Shown piece after piece: positions 1-12,545 of a stretch of DNA of 64,000 bases (position 1 is the stretch's first letter; each line of letters opens with the position of its first letter). The notes beneath the pieces were generated by a model that saw nothing but the letters and a program-made list of their open reading frames with translations, did no database searches and was not told the DNA's origin. Source of the stretch: Podarcis bocagei (lineage: Eukaryota); assembly GCA_964188305.1 (NCBI GenBank), contig OZ076889.1. The stretch is one strand, 5' to 3'. Made by a program: the position numbers and the translations under genes.

Positions 1-127
1 CCCCGAATGCCAAGTTGCTTTAGAAACATAAGACCTGCATCACCTTGAAGGCCATCAAAAGTGAACAGTGTTCTGTTTTTTCTGCTTTCTGCAGTAGACT
101 ACCATGATTACTTTGCCCTTGTGCAGG

Positions 128-207
128 GATGCTTTTTTCCTGCTTGGCAGGGGGTTGGACTCGATGGCCCTTGTGGTCTCTTCCAACTCTACGATTCTAT
201 GATTCTA
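128..207 (+). mobile_element. CR1 LINE 3' end
   Basis: GGGTTGGACTCGATGGCC...(ATTCTATG)n tail; nearly identical to 35455-35528. Confidence 0.85.
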
Positions 208-516
208 AGAGGAGCAACTGCAATTGTATACACCCTTACTTCAGAGTTAATCCCATTGACCTCTGTGGGGCTGATTTCTGTGTAGACATCCATAGGATAG
301 CATCTGTTCATTTACATAGGAGAAGGCTGCTCCCGGAGTGTGGAAAATGAATCTATAGCACAGTGCTGCAAAATCATCTGGTTTTGAAAACAGAGGGTGT
401 ATTATTCACAGCAATCTAGAGCAAATAAATATGGTGTATGTATATGGAATTTAGACAGAGAGAAGATTTAAAATGAAAATTCTTGCAGGTTAACGGGAGA
501 ACTAAGTTTATTAAAT

Positions 517-859
517 GGGACACGGGTGGTGCTGTGGTCTAAACCACAGAGCCAAGGACTTGATGATCAGAAGGTCGCAGTTTGAATCCCCATGACGGGG
601 TGAGTTCCCGTTGTTTGGTCCCAGCTCCTGCCCACCTAGCAGTTCGAAAGCACGTCAAAGTGCAAGTAGATAAATAGGTACTGCTCCGGAGGGAAGGTAA
701 ATGGCGTTTCTGTGCGCTGCTCTGGTTCGCCAGAAGCGGCTTAGTCATGCTGGCCACATGATCCGGAAGCTATACGCCGGCTCCCTCGGCCAATAAAGCG
801 AGATGAGTGCTGCAACCCCAGAGTCCTCTGCGACTGGACTGGCGTACCTTTACCTTTGC
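517..859 (+). mobile_element. Sauria SINE
   Basis: GGGAC(A/G)CGGGTGG head, (ACCTTT)n tail, and 14-bp TSD CTAAGTTTATTAAA at 502-515 and 860-873. Confidence 0.92.
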
Positions 860-1116
860 CTAAGTTTATTAAAGCAAACCAACATAACTCTTATTTCTAA
901 CTCTATTCCAAATTCATAGAGCCTTCAAGAGGGAAGACTAGGCAACTTTAATTGTTACTGAACGTGTTAAAGTCTATTTTTTACAGATAAGTTTCACACA
1001 CACACACACCTAGAGTGCTGATTTTGTAGGTTTGTTAAATTTTCTTTCTTAACTGTGTCCATGCCTGAACCTTTCACTTTCCCCCAAAATCAAAGCCTCG
1101 TTTTCTCTATCCACAG

Positions 1117-1227
1117 AATATCCTAGCACTAAACCCCCGAAGACAAACTCACGCTTCTTTGAATTCAACTGCAGCAAAGAAACATGAGAAAAAGCACTGG
1201 AAAAGGAATGCAGATAAAAGCTGCCCG
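1117..1227 (+). CDS. DPYD: Dihydropyrimidine dehydrogenase, coding exon 2 (111 bp, phase 0/0)
   Basis: Acceptor ttttctctatccacag|AAT and donor CCG|gtaagt. Translates as [37 protein letters not shown], which matches the remembered vertebrate DPYD N-terminus ([37 protein letters not shown]) and the 111-bp exon 2 size. Not present in the ORF track. Confidence 0.95.
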
Positions 1228-4093
1228 GTAAGTACCACAGCTGTTTCTGCTGCTTTTCACACACAACTTGGGAACGCTCACTGCCTGGATCTCAGCATGC
1301 TGGATCTTTCAAGTCAGATCTTCCTGATCTAGAAGGCTTCCTCAGACCACGGTTGGCTGGTCTGAATGGTACAACACACAATGGTGTCATTTGGGGGGGG
1401 GGAAGGATGTGATCTATTATTCCAGAAAGGAAGGAGGGAGTGCTTGCACTTGTCACACATTCCTAGTCCCTCCAGACCATGTTTGGGAGGATGAAGAACA
1501 TTATGTCTAAATGCAGCCATCATTTTGTGTCTTGCTGAGTTAAGCTTCCAAATGAAAGAAGATTAAGGAGATGCTCTTAAATTAACTTTATTGTGAAAAA
1601 TGCTATTGCAAGTGGAAACCACATAGAAAATCGGTTTAAATTATGCTCCTTGTCTGCTTGGGTTTCTATTATAAACTTTTTTTAAATTCTCTGATAACAC
1701 CCCCTTTCTCCTCCCATAAAAGATGCTGTTGGTTACTTGTTATGGTCTTAAATCCCATTGTTAATTTTGATTCTCTGCCCCACGCTGCCCAGTGCTATGT
1801 TGCAAGAACGTCCTGATTAGAAGGGCTATAGAATGATTTTTGTAGTCATGCAGATGTTAGAGGTCCATCCATCTCAGAAACCAAATTAAATTGTGCCTGG
1901 TGCTTTCCCATTTTCAAACCTTGTTACAATGAGTACCCTAGAATCAGTTTTAAAAGATTTGAGAATTTCCATCTAGACCCTGTGAAATGCATAGGGATTG
2001 ACTGAGCCATCAGTATATATATAACTAGAGCATATACTGGTCTACCACATCTGAGTATTGGGGTTTGGGGGGAGGCAAGAATTAGGAAGTGGGAATTACT
2101 CTGGAATATGTGGAGGGGGGAAAGTCTCATGTTTGAATGTTCTCCAACAAAAATCAGAAAATCCCTGCACCTACAATACTAGCATGTCACAAGAAAATTC
2201 TTATTGCTTTATCCTTCTTCCAACATGCTAGGTTATGTATTTATTAAATTTATATATCACCCTTCATACAGGGATCAAGTGTAAGCTTTTTAGACTTGTG
2301 GATATTCCTGGCGGGTTCAGATTACCCTTTCCCCCCTTTGGATAGTATTTATTAGATGCTCTTCAGCACCATGTGTGCTTTAAAAAACCCCCACATACAA
2401 TGTCAGACAAATCTCTCTCTAATCACTACCTTAGTTCAATAGCAATTAGAGATATGTAGGTAGAATGCTAGTTCTATGAAACATTGATCTTTTCAATCAC
2501 AACTATTCAGCCAATAATTGGTGTAATTTGTCAAGGGGCATCAAAAGGAAGGACTTTGACATTGGACTCTTTGAACTGATGTCTGTTCTGAGCTACACTT
2601 TCCCCCCCTGCAATATTTCAAAGTCCATTGCGTGTTGACTTAACATTGTGGAAACTGCACAAAAAAGTATTGAAGTGATTGTGTGTTTGAAAAATAATGT
2701 TCATACATATTATTTACTGCAAATACAAGAACTACTTTTCAGCTCTTACTGATCACTTGAAGTCAGAGATCTTAGCCCAGATCTAGAGGATCACTGTCTG
2801 AATAAAGCTGTGCCCCCAAAACGGGCAAATTAATGTGCTCTAGAAGTGATTGGGAATCACATGATGCTAAAGATGCTTAGCTGGCAGTGTTTGTAAAATG
2901 CTGCCGACACAACTGTTCTTCTAAGCAAATAAGCCTTGTGTTTTTAGATGGGGGAATTTTACTCTGCACGCTGGTTCAGCTTCCACTTATGTTGCATCTG
3001 AAGTCGATGGGAATTGCAAGTTCTCATACTCTCTGAGGATTTGGTTCAAAAGCTCCGAGAACAAACTAAATTCTTTTGATTATCTGCTATACTTTCTAAG
3101 TTGTTTGTTATTTTTCCTGGTTGTATGCATAGTTGAAAGTGTTTATTGACTCTGCTTAGATTAAAGCTCAAACGACTAATACGCTTGGTTTGAATTCACA
3201 GTTGACGATAAAAATTTAGATAAATCCAGTTAGGAATAGTAGTGTTTGAGGCCTTTTAAAAAAAGAAAAGAAAGCCTGAATAGCAAAATAAACAGAATTT
3301 TATTCACACAACTTTGTTGTAGCAGCTTCCTGGGGAAAGGGAAGAAAGGAGATGCTCTCTAGCTCCCAAGTGGTTTTGGTTTATTCTAGCAGTGTGGAGA
3401 AGCTTACCTTTTGATGATTGTTATTCAGAATCTGTAAGTTTTGATTTCATGTACCATTTGCCAGGAAGGTAGCAGAATCATGTGTATGGCTTGTGGGGGG
3501 TTTTTTGTAGCTGACTCTGAAAAACCTTACTACAAAAGCTGAAGACTAGGTGTAGGAAAATGTATTGCTAGGCAACACTATATTACCATGGATCATAGTT
3601 TTGAGAATGTCCTGCTTGGAGCTGGTTGGGTAGAAGCCAGGAGGAGGAGGAGATATCTCAAAGTTGCAGGAATAAATTAAAGGAAGGATTAGGGGAAAGT
3701 GTTATATTGCAGAAAGCAAAGAAGCAAAGGGTTTTTAGTTAACTGGAGGACTGGTTCAGACATAACCTTAAATCAGCCTTCCCCAACTTGGAACCTTCCA
3801 GATGTTATTTGACTATAAATCCCATCATCCCTGGCCATTTACCATGTTTGCTGAGTTTTGGTCCAAAACATCTGGAAGCAAAAACATATTCTAGTAATTT
3901 GAGAATTAAACTAGCCTCCCTCAGTACTCATATATTCCCATTCTCCCTCCAGTACAGATGAGAAGCCTTTGCCTCAATATTTTGATTAATCTTAATTGAA
4001 GTTATTGGAAACAAGCCAACTTCAAGCCATGGTTTTTGAAGCTGGCTTATTTTCCCTAACTATAGTTAAGCTTAACCACAGTTTAGGGTTCAT

Positions 4094-4458
4094 AAGGTAA
4101 AGGTAAAGGGACCCCCTGACCATTAGGTCCAGTCGTGACTGACTCTGGGGTTGCGGGCTCTTCTCGTTCTATAGGCCGAGTGAGCTGGCATTTGTCCACA
4201 GACAGCCTCTGTGTCATGTGGTCAGCATGACAAAGCTGCTTCTGGCGAACCAGAGCAGCACACAGAAACGGCATTTACCTTCCCACCAGAGCGGTACCTA
4301 TTTATCTACTTACACTTTGACGTGCTTTCGAACTGCTAGGTTGGCAGGAGCTGGGACCGAGCAATGGGAGCTCACCCCGTCACGGGGATTCGAACCGCCG
4401 ACCTTCTGATTGGCAAGTCCTAGGCTCTGTGGATTAACCCTCAGCGCCACCCGTGTCC
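4094..4458 (-). mobile_element. Sauria SINE
   Basis: Reverse-complement copy of the same family; AAGGTAAAGGTAAAGGGACC on the + strand. Confidence 0.92.
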
Positions 4459-6124
4459 ACACTAAATTGGTGAATCAAACCAAAAGCAGAAGCGGTATAC
4501 AGTCGCACCTTGCCTCTCCAGCACAAACTTAGGAAGGCTCCAGTCCTGCGAAGCCCTACTGGTCACAGGGCCCAGCTCCTGCATGCATTCCTGACAGCCT
4601 ACAAGGCACCACGGAACCGTCTTAGCGACTCCATTCTGAATTTGTTGTAGGGTTTACTCCTCAGGCTTTTCTTCTCCCAAAGATATCTCACCAGGCAACA
4701 GAGGTTTAAGATAAGAATTTTCCTTCTCCTGGTTGGGCTACCTTCCCAGGTTGATGAGCCCCATCTGCCTCTCAGAGGTGTGTGTGTGTGTGTGTGTAAA
4801 TAAACTATCTTTCATAAAGTCACTACAGTCGCCATCGTTCCTCATTCCCAAAGGAAACACACACCCTGGATAAGGACCGAGACCCCTGGAATCTTGTGCA
4901 CAGTTCAGCAGACATTGGGTTGGCCGGTGCCAATGGCATAAAATTCAAAGCTGAAACTGATTCATAAATAGTAACTGAAATAAGCCACATTCCCCCTTCT
5001 CCCTCCATTTCACACTTGCAACCATATCGGTGGTAAAATTCTGGTATGAAGCTCCCAAGCTGTAGTGTCTTGTGGAACTGATGTGGGAGCTTTGTTTTTT
5101 GTTTTTTCCCCATTTGGAAGAAGGCAATGAAATGAGAGAGGGAAAAAGGTCCCCAGTACTTGGCAAACCAGGGTTCTTTTTTATTTTTAGGGCAAAGGAG
5201 AAGCGTTTCAGCTGGACGGCATCATCCATCTGGGAAAACATATTTTCTGATAGTTCCAGCTCATGCCTCAGACTCTGGCAGCAGATTGCCAGTGACGCTT
5301 ATTGCATGGTGTAATCCCTTTGGAAATGGTCTTTCTCATTTTGTATTTGGCTTGGGCCATGATAAATATATTCACACTTCACCTGGAGGAATGTTGTTTT
5401 GATACAGCTGGTTTTCTGCTCCACATGTCTCCAGTTCCCTAAAATAACCACTAGCTCTGGATTGTGTGTTGGGATAGTGAGAATTGAATTTAAAAGTGTT
5501 TGTTTACTGGTGTTTCAACTAGGGCTGCGCTAAAAGTACTAATTGTTTTTGTGGACATTCTTTGGCAGCATACCTCCCACCCAACCAAGAACCCATTATT
5601 TGGGAATTTTGTGGGTGTGCTTGCTTTGAAAGGGTTCAGTTATTCAGGACGGAAGCACTGATATTACTGAATTAACTTTGTTTCCCATAGTGATGTCTAA
5701 GCATAGCCACATCTCATATGATCCCATTAATTTTGTGATCCGTCATTGGTTGGGATAACTCACGTGCAGTAGACAAAGAGAATGTAATTCAAGGGCAGTT
5801 TGAACAATACTTAAAATAAATAAATAGAAAAGGAAAATGGTCCTGAAATGGCAGTAGACAGGGAAAACTGATCAGAGGGTAGCAGGGGTCAACTACCTTT
5901 GTGGACCAGGGGGTACATTCTGAATTTTGAGAGAGTGCTGGTGGAGGTGCCAGTCACAAAATAGCTGCTTTGGATGGTGGGGCACGGCATAACACAAAAT
6001 GGCTGCCGGGGGAGAGCAGCATAACACAACGTTAGAGAGGCAGCCACCTCCAATAACCTTATGCTTATCATAGGAGCGCAGCTATGCTCTGCTGGTCCAG
6101 ACTGTGGAGATCACACCACATTGA

Positions 6125-6127
<3 letters not shown>

Positions 6128-6182
<55 letters not shown>
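6128..6182. repeat. Compound microsatellite (CA)n(GA)n
   Basis: Seen directly. Confidence 0.95.
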
Positions 6183-6439
6183 TGTTGCTGTCTAATAGCA
6201 ACAGGGAGCATCCCCAGGAAAAATATACATGCTGGCCACACCACACTCACTTCACAGATACCGTTTAGAATGTTTTGCCCTAGAACTTTCCTTCTAGGAG
6301 GGCTTAGATGCATTCCTCCCTTCCTCCCTTTAAATGAAAGCTCTGAGTCTAGGGCATCTGCCCAGTGAAAGCCTTCGTGGCTGCAATGGTGCCCATGGGT
6401 GCTGACTTAGCAACCCCAGGAGTATAGGATCGAGATACA

Positions 6440-6881
6440 CAGTGCCAGATTTACAGTATAAGCTAAATAAGGTGTAGCTTAGGGCCCCATTCTCTTGGGC
6501 CCCCCCAAAAAATTAAAGGAAAAGAACCCTGGATGTACATTTCCTAAATATAAGATAAAAAAGAAATAAAATAAAACCTACATACAGCAACAGTGTTTTG
6601 TGTTGTGTAGGCTCCTATGATGTAAGTAATGGACCCCACCTGCTAGCCTGCTCCCTAAAATATCACTGGTTTGCTCATTTCTATATCAATTACTTTGATA
6701 AAATACATATTTTGTTATGTGCAAATGGCTTTAGATACCTACTAGGTCCATAAATTTCCAAATAGCATATATTCAACATAAAAAACAGCGGCACTTTGTT
6801 GTTGACAAAGGACAGCTGGACATAAAAAGGGCCCCATTACCTTCAGTAGCTTAGGGCCTCATCAACCTAAATCTGGACCTG
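6440..6881. mobile_element. hAT-type MITE
   Basis: TIRs CAGTGCCAGATTTA / TAAATCTGGACCTG; 8-bp TSD GAGATACA. Confidence 0.85.
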
Positions 6882-6887
6882 GAGATA

Positions 6888-7120
6888 CAGTCAAACTTCG
6901 GCTCCTGAACGCCTTCATTTTGGAATGTTTTGGCTCCCAATACCTGGAGGTAAATGCTCTGGTTTTTAAAAGTTTTTCAGAAGCCAAACGTCTGACGTGG
7001 CTTCTGCTTGGTTGCAGGAAGCTCCTGCAACCAGTCAGAAGCCCCGCCTTGGTTGTCAAACATTTTGGAAGTCGAATGGTCTTCCAGAACGGATTACGTT
7101 CGACCACTGAGGTTTGACTG
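6888..7120. mobile_element. Tc1/mariner MITE
   Basis: TA|CAGTCAAAC...GTTTGACTG|TA; related to 58249-58498. Confidence 0.85.
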
Positions 7121-8121
7121 TAATGTGAAAATCACAGCCAATGGTCTTCTCCATAAATATTTTACGTTCTTCCAAAGCACTGTTTATGATCTGAAAATTA
7201 CAATATAGCAAAATGTTTTGCACAGCCCTAGTTTTTGTACTATTGATTGTCCTTATAAGGGATTTTTAAAATTGTTTTTAAGATGATATCAGAACTGTCC
7301 TTGCACTAGGTAGAAGGAACAGTGCAAAGTAATATTTGAGTTCTCGTTTCTGTTCTAACAGAAAAAGAATGATTTTTTTTTAAAAAAACAACAGTTTAAA
7401 TGAAGAATTTATTTTGAATTTATTTAAAGGAATATTAAGCGCAAGCGGCAATCATTTCATGTGGGGCTTCCAATCCTGGCCCCTGCATGTGTTGGTGGAG
7501 CATGTTTCAGTGTGCTCTACCCTGTTCCGCCCCCTTCTCCGTTCCACCCCTGTCCTGCCACTGGTGGAGGAAGAGGCGTGCGGGGGGAGCACACCACCCC
7601 TGGCAGCGTGATCCTGGCAGCACGCCATCGTGGCTGCCCCCCGCCCACGCTGGGTGCCCCACCCCTTCGGGTGGCATGCCACACCCCTGCAGGTGGTGCA
7701 CCATGCCCCTGGGACGTGCGCCAGCCCTGTCCCCGCCTGCTCTCTTCCCCCCTGTCCTGGAGCATGTAGCTCCACCACAGCATCCTGCCCTGTTCCAGAT
7801 CCAAAAGGACCAACGTGTCGGCAATCGTGTCAATTGGATGCACCTAAAATGGTTGTCATCTGTATTAGTTTTCAAAATGTGAATTCTGGATTTCCACACC
7901 TGGCTTTCCCTGGAATATATAAAATATACAAATAATGCACATGAGAGATGAAGTTTCATTAAAAAATAAGTTTTTGCATCTAGATTTTACATTTGGACTC
8001 GAATTTTGATAGAGATTGAATTCCTGGCCATCATTCAGGGATCCATATTTAATTCTTAGTTAATAAATTATTTTTAAAAAATGGTTGGTGAGGATCTGCT
8101 AAAATTATTTTAGGAATAGGC

Positions 8122-8257
8122 CAGGCATAGGCAAACTCAGCCCTCCAGATGTTTTTGGACTGCAACTCCCATCATCCCTAGCTAACAGGACCAGTGGTCA
8201 GGGATGATGGGAGTTGTAGTCTCAAAACATCTGGAGGGCCGAGTTTGCCTATGCCTG
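8122..8257. mobile_element. 136-bp hairpin hAT MITE
   Basis: TIR CAGGCATAGGCAAACTC; degenerate 8-bp TSD GAATAGGC/GAGTGGGC. Confidence 0.85.
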
Positions 8258-10349
8258 GAGTGGGCCATCCTGGGGCTTTGCAGAGCAAGCAGGGTGGGTC
8301 AAATGATCCATTACATGAGTTGGGGTACCTATGACCACCCCAAGGTTGTTGAACATCTGGATGTTCTTGTTGATGACTGAAGACCATCAGTGATGCAACC
8401 CTCCATGCTTCACGGGAAAGGGAGTCCCACAGTTGAGACACGTTTACTGAGAAGACCTTATTCCATGTCCCTACACAGTAAACGACACTTTCAGGTATGA
8501 TGCACACACACACATGGCCACATACTACATATATTCCTTTGTCCTTTCTGAAATGCTGTCCCCAAATGTCACATTCTTTGCATGCAAAAGGTCTGTTTCA
8601 ATTCCCGGCATCTCCAGATAGGCCTGTAAAGGACCCCAGTAGGAAACTCTGGGGAGCCACTGCCAATCAGTATCCAAGAGACACAGATGGCTGGTTTAGT
8701 GTGTTTTTCATTCCATATAAGGCAGCTTCTTATGTCCTTTATCTAGGTGCCTCCCAGAACAGCATGTCATGATTATGCAAAATGAGCTGTTTATGAAAGG
8801 GGTAAATCTACACAGTCCCTTGTGTGTACGAAAGTGTTTGCACGTATGAAGAGGCCCCGTTTGGTTCCTCGCCATTATTATATATTCCTCTACTGTGTCA
8901 TATTAATCTGGCACTGATGCATTGTCTTCAAGTGCCCTGCTCCAAAGTACAACTTCGTCAATGGCTCAAATGAGCCTTTAATAGAGTCAAGTAATGAATG
9001 GGTAGGTTTTAACCTGCGGGAAATGAGGCATAACTGGTGGATCTTGAGAAGTACAAAAAAAGGCTGTCTTTTTCTTCTTTTTCTTTTTGAGTGGGTGTGG
9101 GGAGAGAGTATGCATGTGTCAACTTCTGTGGAATTATTTGGTGAGTGGATGTGCAAAGGTAGAGCACACTTGTGCAACCCAGTGCCCTCCTGATGCGTTG
9201 TGCAACAATTCCCATCAGTACCAGTCAGCATCACCGGCGGTCAGGGATGATGGGAGTTGTAGTCCAAAAACATCTGGAGACACCAGCCTGGGGCTGTATT
9301 AGAAGAGGGAAACCCCAGAATAAAACGATCAGCTTAATGATTCTGAATTATGGCTTTGGATATGATCTTTGGCTAACGCAATAAGATGTGACTTGACTTG
9401 CTGGATGGCAAGTTCCTTTTGTTTCCTTGCATCCAGGTCTTGTGTTGACTGCTAAAACATTTCTCCCCAAGATAATTACAAAGAGAACATCAGCTAGCAT
9501 GAAGCTGATTTGAAAAAAAATAATAAGCTGCAACAAATGAATAAATCCATTCACGAGGGTGGTGTTACTTGAAAGCACGGGATTTATCAGAAGCGCCTGT
9601 CTTTGCCCATCCCCATGATACAGCCACGCACACTGAAAACTGGAGCCTGTAACAGAATCTCCAACACTCCACCTCTCTGTAATACATTGCTCCCACTGTG
9701 CTGTGCTGTCTTGACACATCAGCGCTGTTTTACTCTCCCTTCCCTCAATACAAACTCCTGGCTCTCTTGCACTCTATTTGTTATGTTTTGAGCTTGGTCC
9801 CACTGCTCCTTTCAGCCTTGTCTGTCTCATCTTCACTATATCAATATTATCTGTTGTGGTGGTCCCAGCTGGACCGCATTCTGTTCCCTCTTTTCTCTCT
9901 GCTGTCAGCTGAGTTTGAACAGAAATAAGATTCTTTGCATTTTGCATTAATGCTACTGAAGAATATATAATTCGAAACGTGCCCGTGGACAAAAGGACGG
10001 AATTGCTCAACAAAAAGCTGTGAGGCTATGAGGCTGATTGAAACATAAATGTTTTCTTCTGCGGGGCTGCTTTTGGAAATGTCTTCTATAGCTGAATGAG
10101 GGGAGAAAATGTTAAAAATTGAATAGGAAATCCACATGGAATCAAGAATCCGGCTTCTGGATCTCAGCTGAAAATTCAGTGTCCTGCCTTTCTACATTCT
10201 GTTGCACTGCATTGTGCTGTATTTATTCATTTGAAAGCATTTCTAAACCACTCAGTATTTGAAAACCTCCGAACAAAAATTCCTCATGAAAACAATAAAG
10301 CAGTTTCATAAAAAGAGATAAAGCAGTCTTTAAAAAGAGTAAAAGGGAG

Positions 10350-10510
10350 GGGCCACAGCTGAGTGCTAGAACATCTTTTTTCATACAGAAGGTTCTAGGT
10401 GCAACCCCTAAACTCTCTAGGTCAGGGAAAGATCATGCCTGACACCCTGGAGGGCTGCCACCAGTCAGTGCAGACAATAGTGGGGTAACTGGACCCAGTA
10501 GTCTGATGGT
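10350..10510 (+). mobile_element. Decayed tRNA-derived SINE (Squam3-like); further copies at ~8600-8740 and ~63840-64000
   Basis: GGGCCACAGCTGAGTG..TAGAACATC head with degenerate A/B boxes; CCAGTCAGTG.AGACAA...GGACC body. Confidence 0.6.
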
Positions 10511-11559
10511 AGACGAGACCTTGCTAAAACAAAGTTACAAAAACTCAGCCATAACAGGGCCCACTCTTATCGTGGAAGGAAAGCCTGGGCGATAATCAAC
10601 TGATGGATGATGCTTCATGTAAGGCAGGGAGAAGAGCTGTGTGGGCAGTGTTCGAAACTCCCATTGTTCTAGGCGCATTTTGTGACAGGGAATTTCATTA
10701 GCGCAAGCAATTTCTGAGCTTCAGATTAAAACTGCAGCGTGGAAGGAAAGGAGGACCTTTTTCTGCCTCTCCACTTCCAGCTACTCTGAAGACTGGAGAA
10801 GAGGCCCTCTTAAGAATATTAGGGGGGTGGGCAGGGGAAGGACTAGACCATGTGAAAAATGAACATAAGATTTTATCTGCAGTTTATTCATTTTCAGCTT
10901 TGTATGCTTGTTATTGAAAAAGCATGCCTAGACATTCTGTTGTTGCGCCCATAGCCTAGGTTTATGGTGCCGTTTAGCTCCTAGCTTTCATATCTCAGTT
11001 TCTAACACTGAGTGCAGGAGAAAATAACCATTTTGGATTTCACTGCCCTGTGATATTCTCCAGGGTGTGTTGTACTGAGTAACATTTCCTGAGATTATCT
11101 AATTTGCATAAGGGCAGTGTCATGGGCCAGGAGTCTGCTTCACCTGCTGAACAGCAGCCTGAAGGGGGAGAAGGCAGAGTGACTCCACCTGTGGCTGATC
11201 AGCTTTCAAGGACTCAAAGGAGAAGGCACTGCTGAGAACCAGCTGGCTTCAACCTTCTTAAGCAGAGCTTGAGCAGCTTCCAGTCAGATGCTTGTAACAG
11301 TGCTTGCAGTTTCTGGCCAGACCTTGCTGCTTCCTGCTCGTCTTGACCCCATGATCATCAGATTCCTGGACCCCTGGACTGTCTGACCATGTGGATTGCT
11401 GTTTGCCCGATCCTAGAACTGGACCTGACTTTGTACGCTGACACTGTCTCCAGGCAAGTACATCTCAGAAAGTCTTCTGGTTGGCTGGCTTCCCACTCCA
11501 TTGAGCTCTGCACACTGTTGACCAGCAAGAAGACTATGACAGGCAAGGAGTCTCTCAGG

Positions 11560-12050
11560 TACATAACATGGTCCTGAGGTGTTCAGGGCTTTATGTCTTA
11601 ATAACAAGGCCCAGTGCTCCATTCAACAGCCTGGCAGCAGTCTTGCATACCAGCTGCAGCTTCCAGACCAGTCTCAAAGGAATTCCCACATAAAGCACGT
11701 TGCTGTATTTCAGTAGCAAGGTTACTCATGGCAGTCTAGCTATTCCTGTCCAGAAAAAGACACAGTTGTCATACTAATGTAATAATAGTCACTCCTCATT
11801 GTGAAAGTTACCTGGATCTCCAGTGACAAAGATGGGTCTAGGAGCATCCCCTAAAAACATACCTGTTGCCTTGGAAGAGAGAGGTGTATCCCCACGTAGA
11901 AGTGGCAAATTCCCTGACTATCACACCTGAGATTCACAACCTGCTGTGTCTTCATCTTAAAGGATTCTGTCTCCGTCTGTTAGCCTGTCCACCACTGCAT
12001 CCAAACTCTGGTTCACAATGGTCACAACCTCTCCTGATCCAGACATAACA
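11560..12050 (-). mobile_element. Decayed L2 fragment
   Basis: The - strand encodes a degenerate Y.N.LYVGIPLRLVWKLQLV. Boundaries are approximate. Confidence 0.6.
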
Positions 12051-12092
12051 GAAAATAGAGCCTCAAAACTCTGATTATTCCCAGTGGCTTCA

Positions 12093-12545
12093 CATAGAAT
12101 CATGACTTGTAGAGGTGGAAGGGATCATCTAGTCCAATGCCTTGAAATGCCAGAATCTCAATTAAAACATACATGAGGGATGGTCATCCCATCTCTGCTT
12201 AAAAATCTCCAAGGAATGAGATTCCGCCACTTCCCTAGGGAGTCTGTTCCACTGTCAAACAGCTCTTACTTTCAGAAAATTCTTCCTGATGTTTCGTTGG
12301 AATCTCCCTTCTTGCAACTTGAAGCCATTGGTTTGAGTCCTACCCTCCAAGGCAGGGCAAAAGAAATTTCCTCTATCTTCCATGTGTCAGCTGTTTAGAT
12401 ATTTGAAGATGGCTATCTTATCTCCTCTCAGTCTCCTCTTCTCCAGGCTTAAACATACCCAACTCCCTCAAGCGTTTCTCATAAGATGTGGTTTCCAGAC
12501 CCTTGATCATCTTGGTCATCCTCCTCTCTACACGTTGCAGCTTCT
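12093..12545 (-). mobile_element. CR1 LINE 3' fragment
   Basis: CATAGAATCAT tail on the + strand; the reverse complement resembles the CR1 ORF2 C-terminus. Confidence 0.75.

Noticed and set aside
517-640. tRNA gene
   Set aside because: The A/B-box-like sequence is the tRNA-derived head of a Sauria SINE.
4823-5402. Cluster of 80-98 aa ORFs and a possible splice acceptor at 5190
   Set aside because: No similarity to DPYD or any family I recognise, and no convincing donor site.
7414-7959. GC-rich patch with several 100-150 aa ORFs
   Set aside because: Low stop-codon frequency reflects GC content. No motifs or splice structure; probably a repeat remnant.
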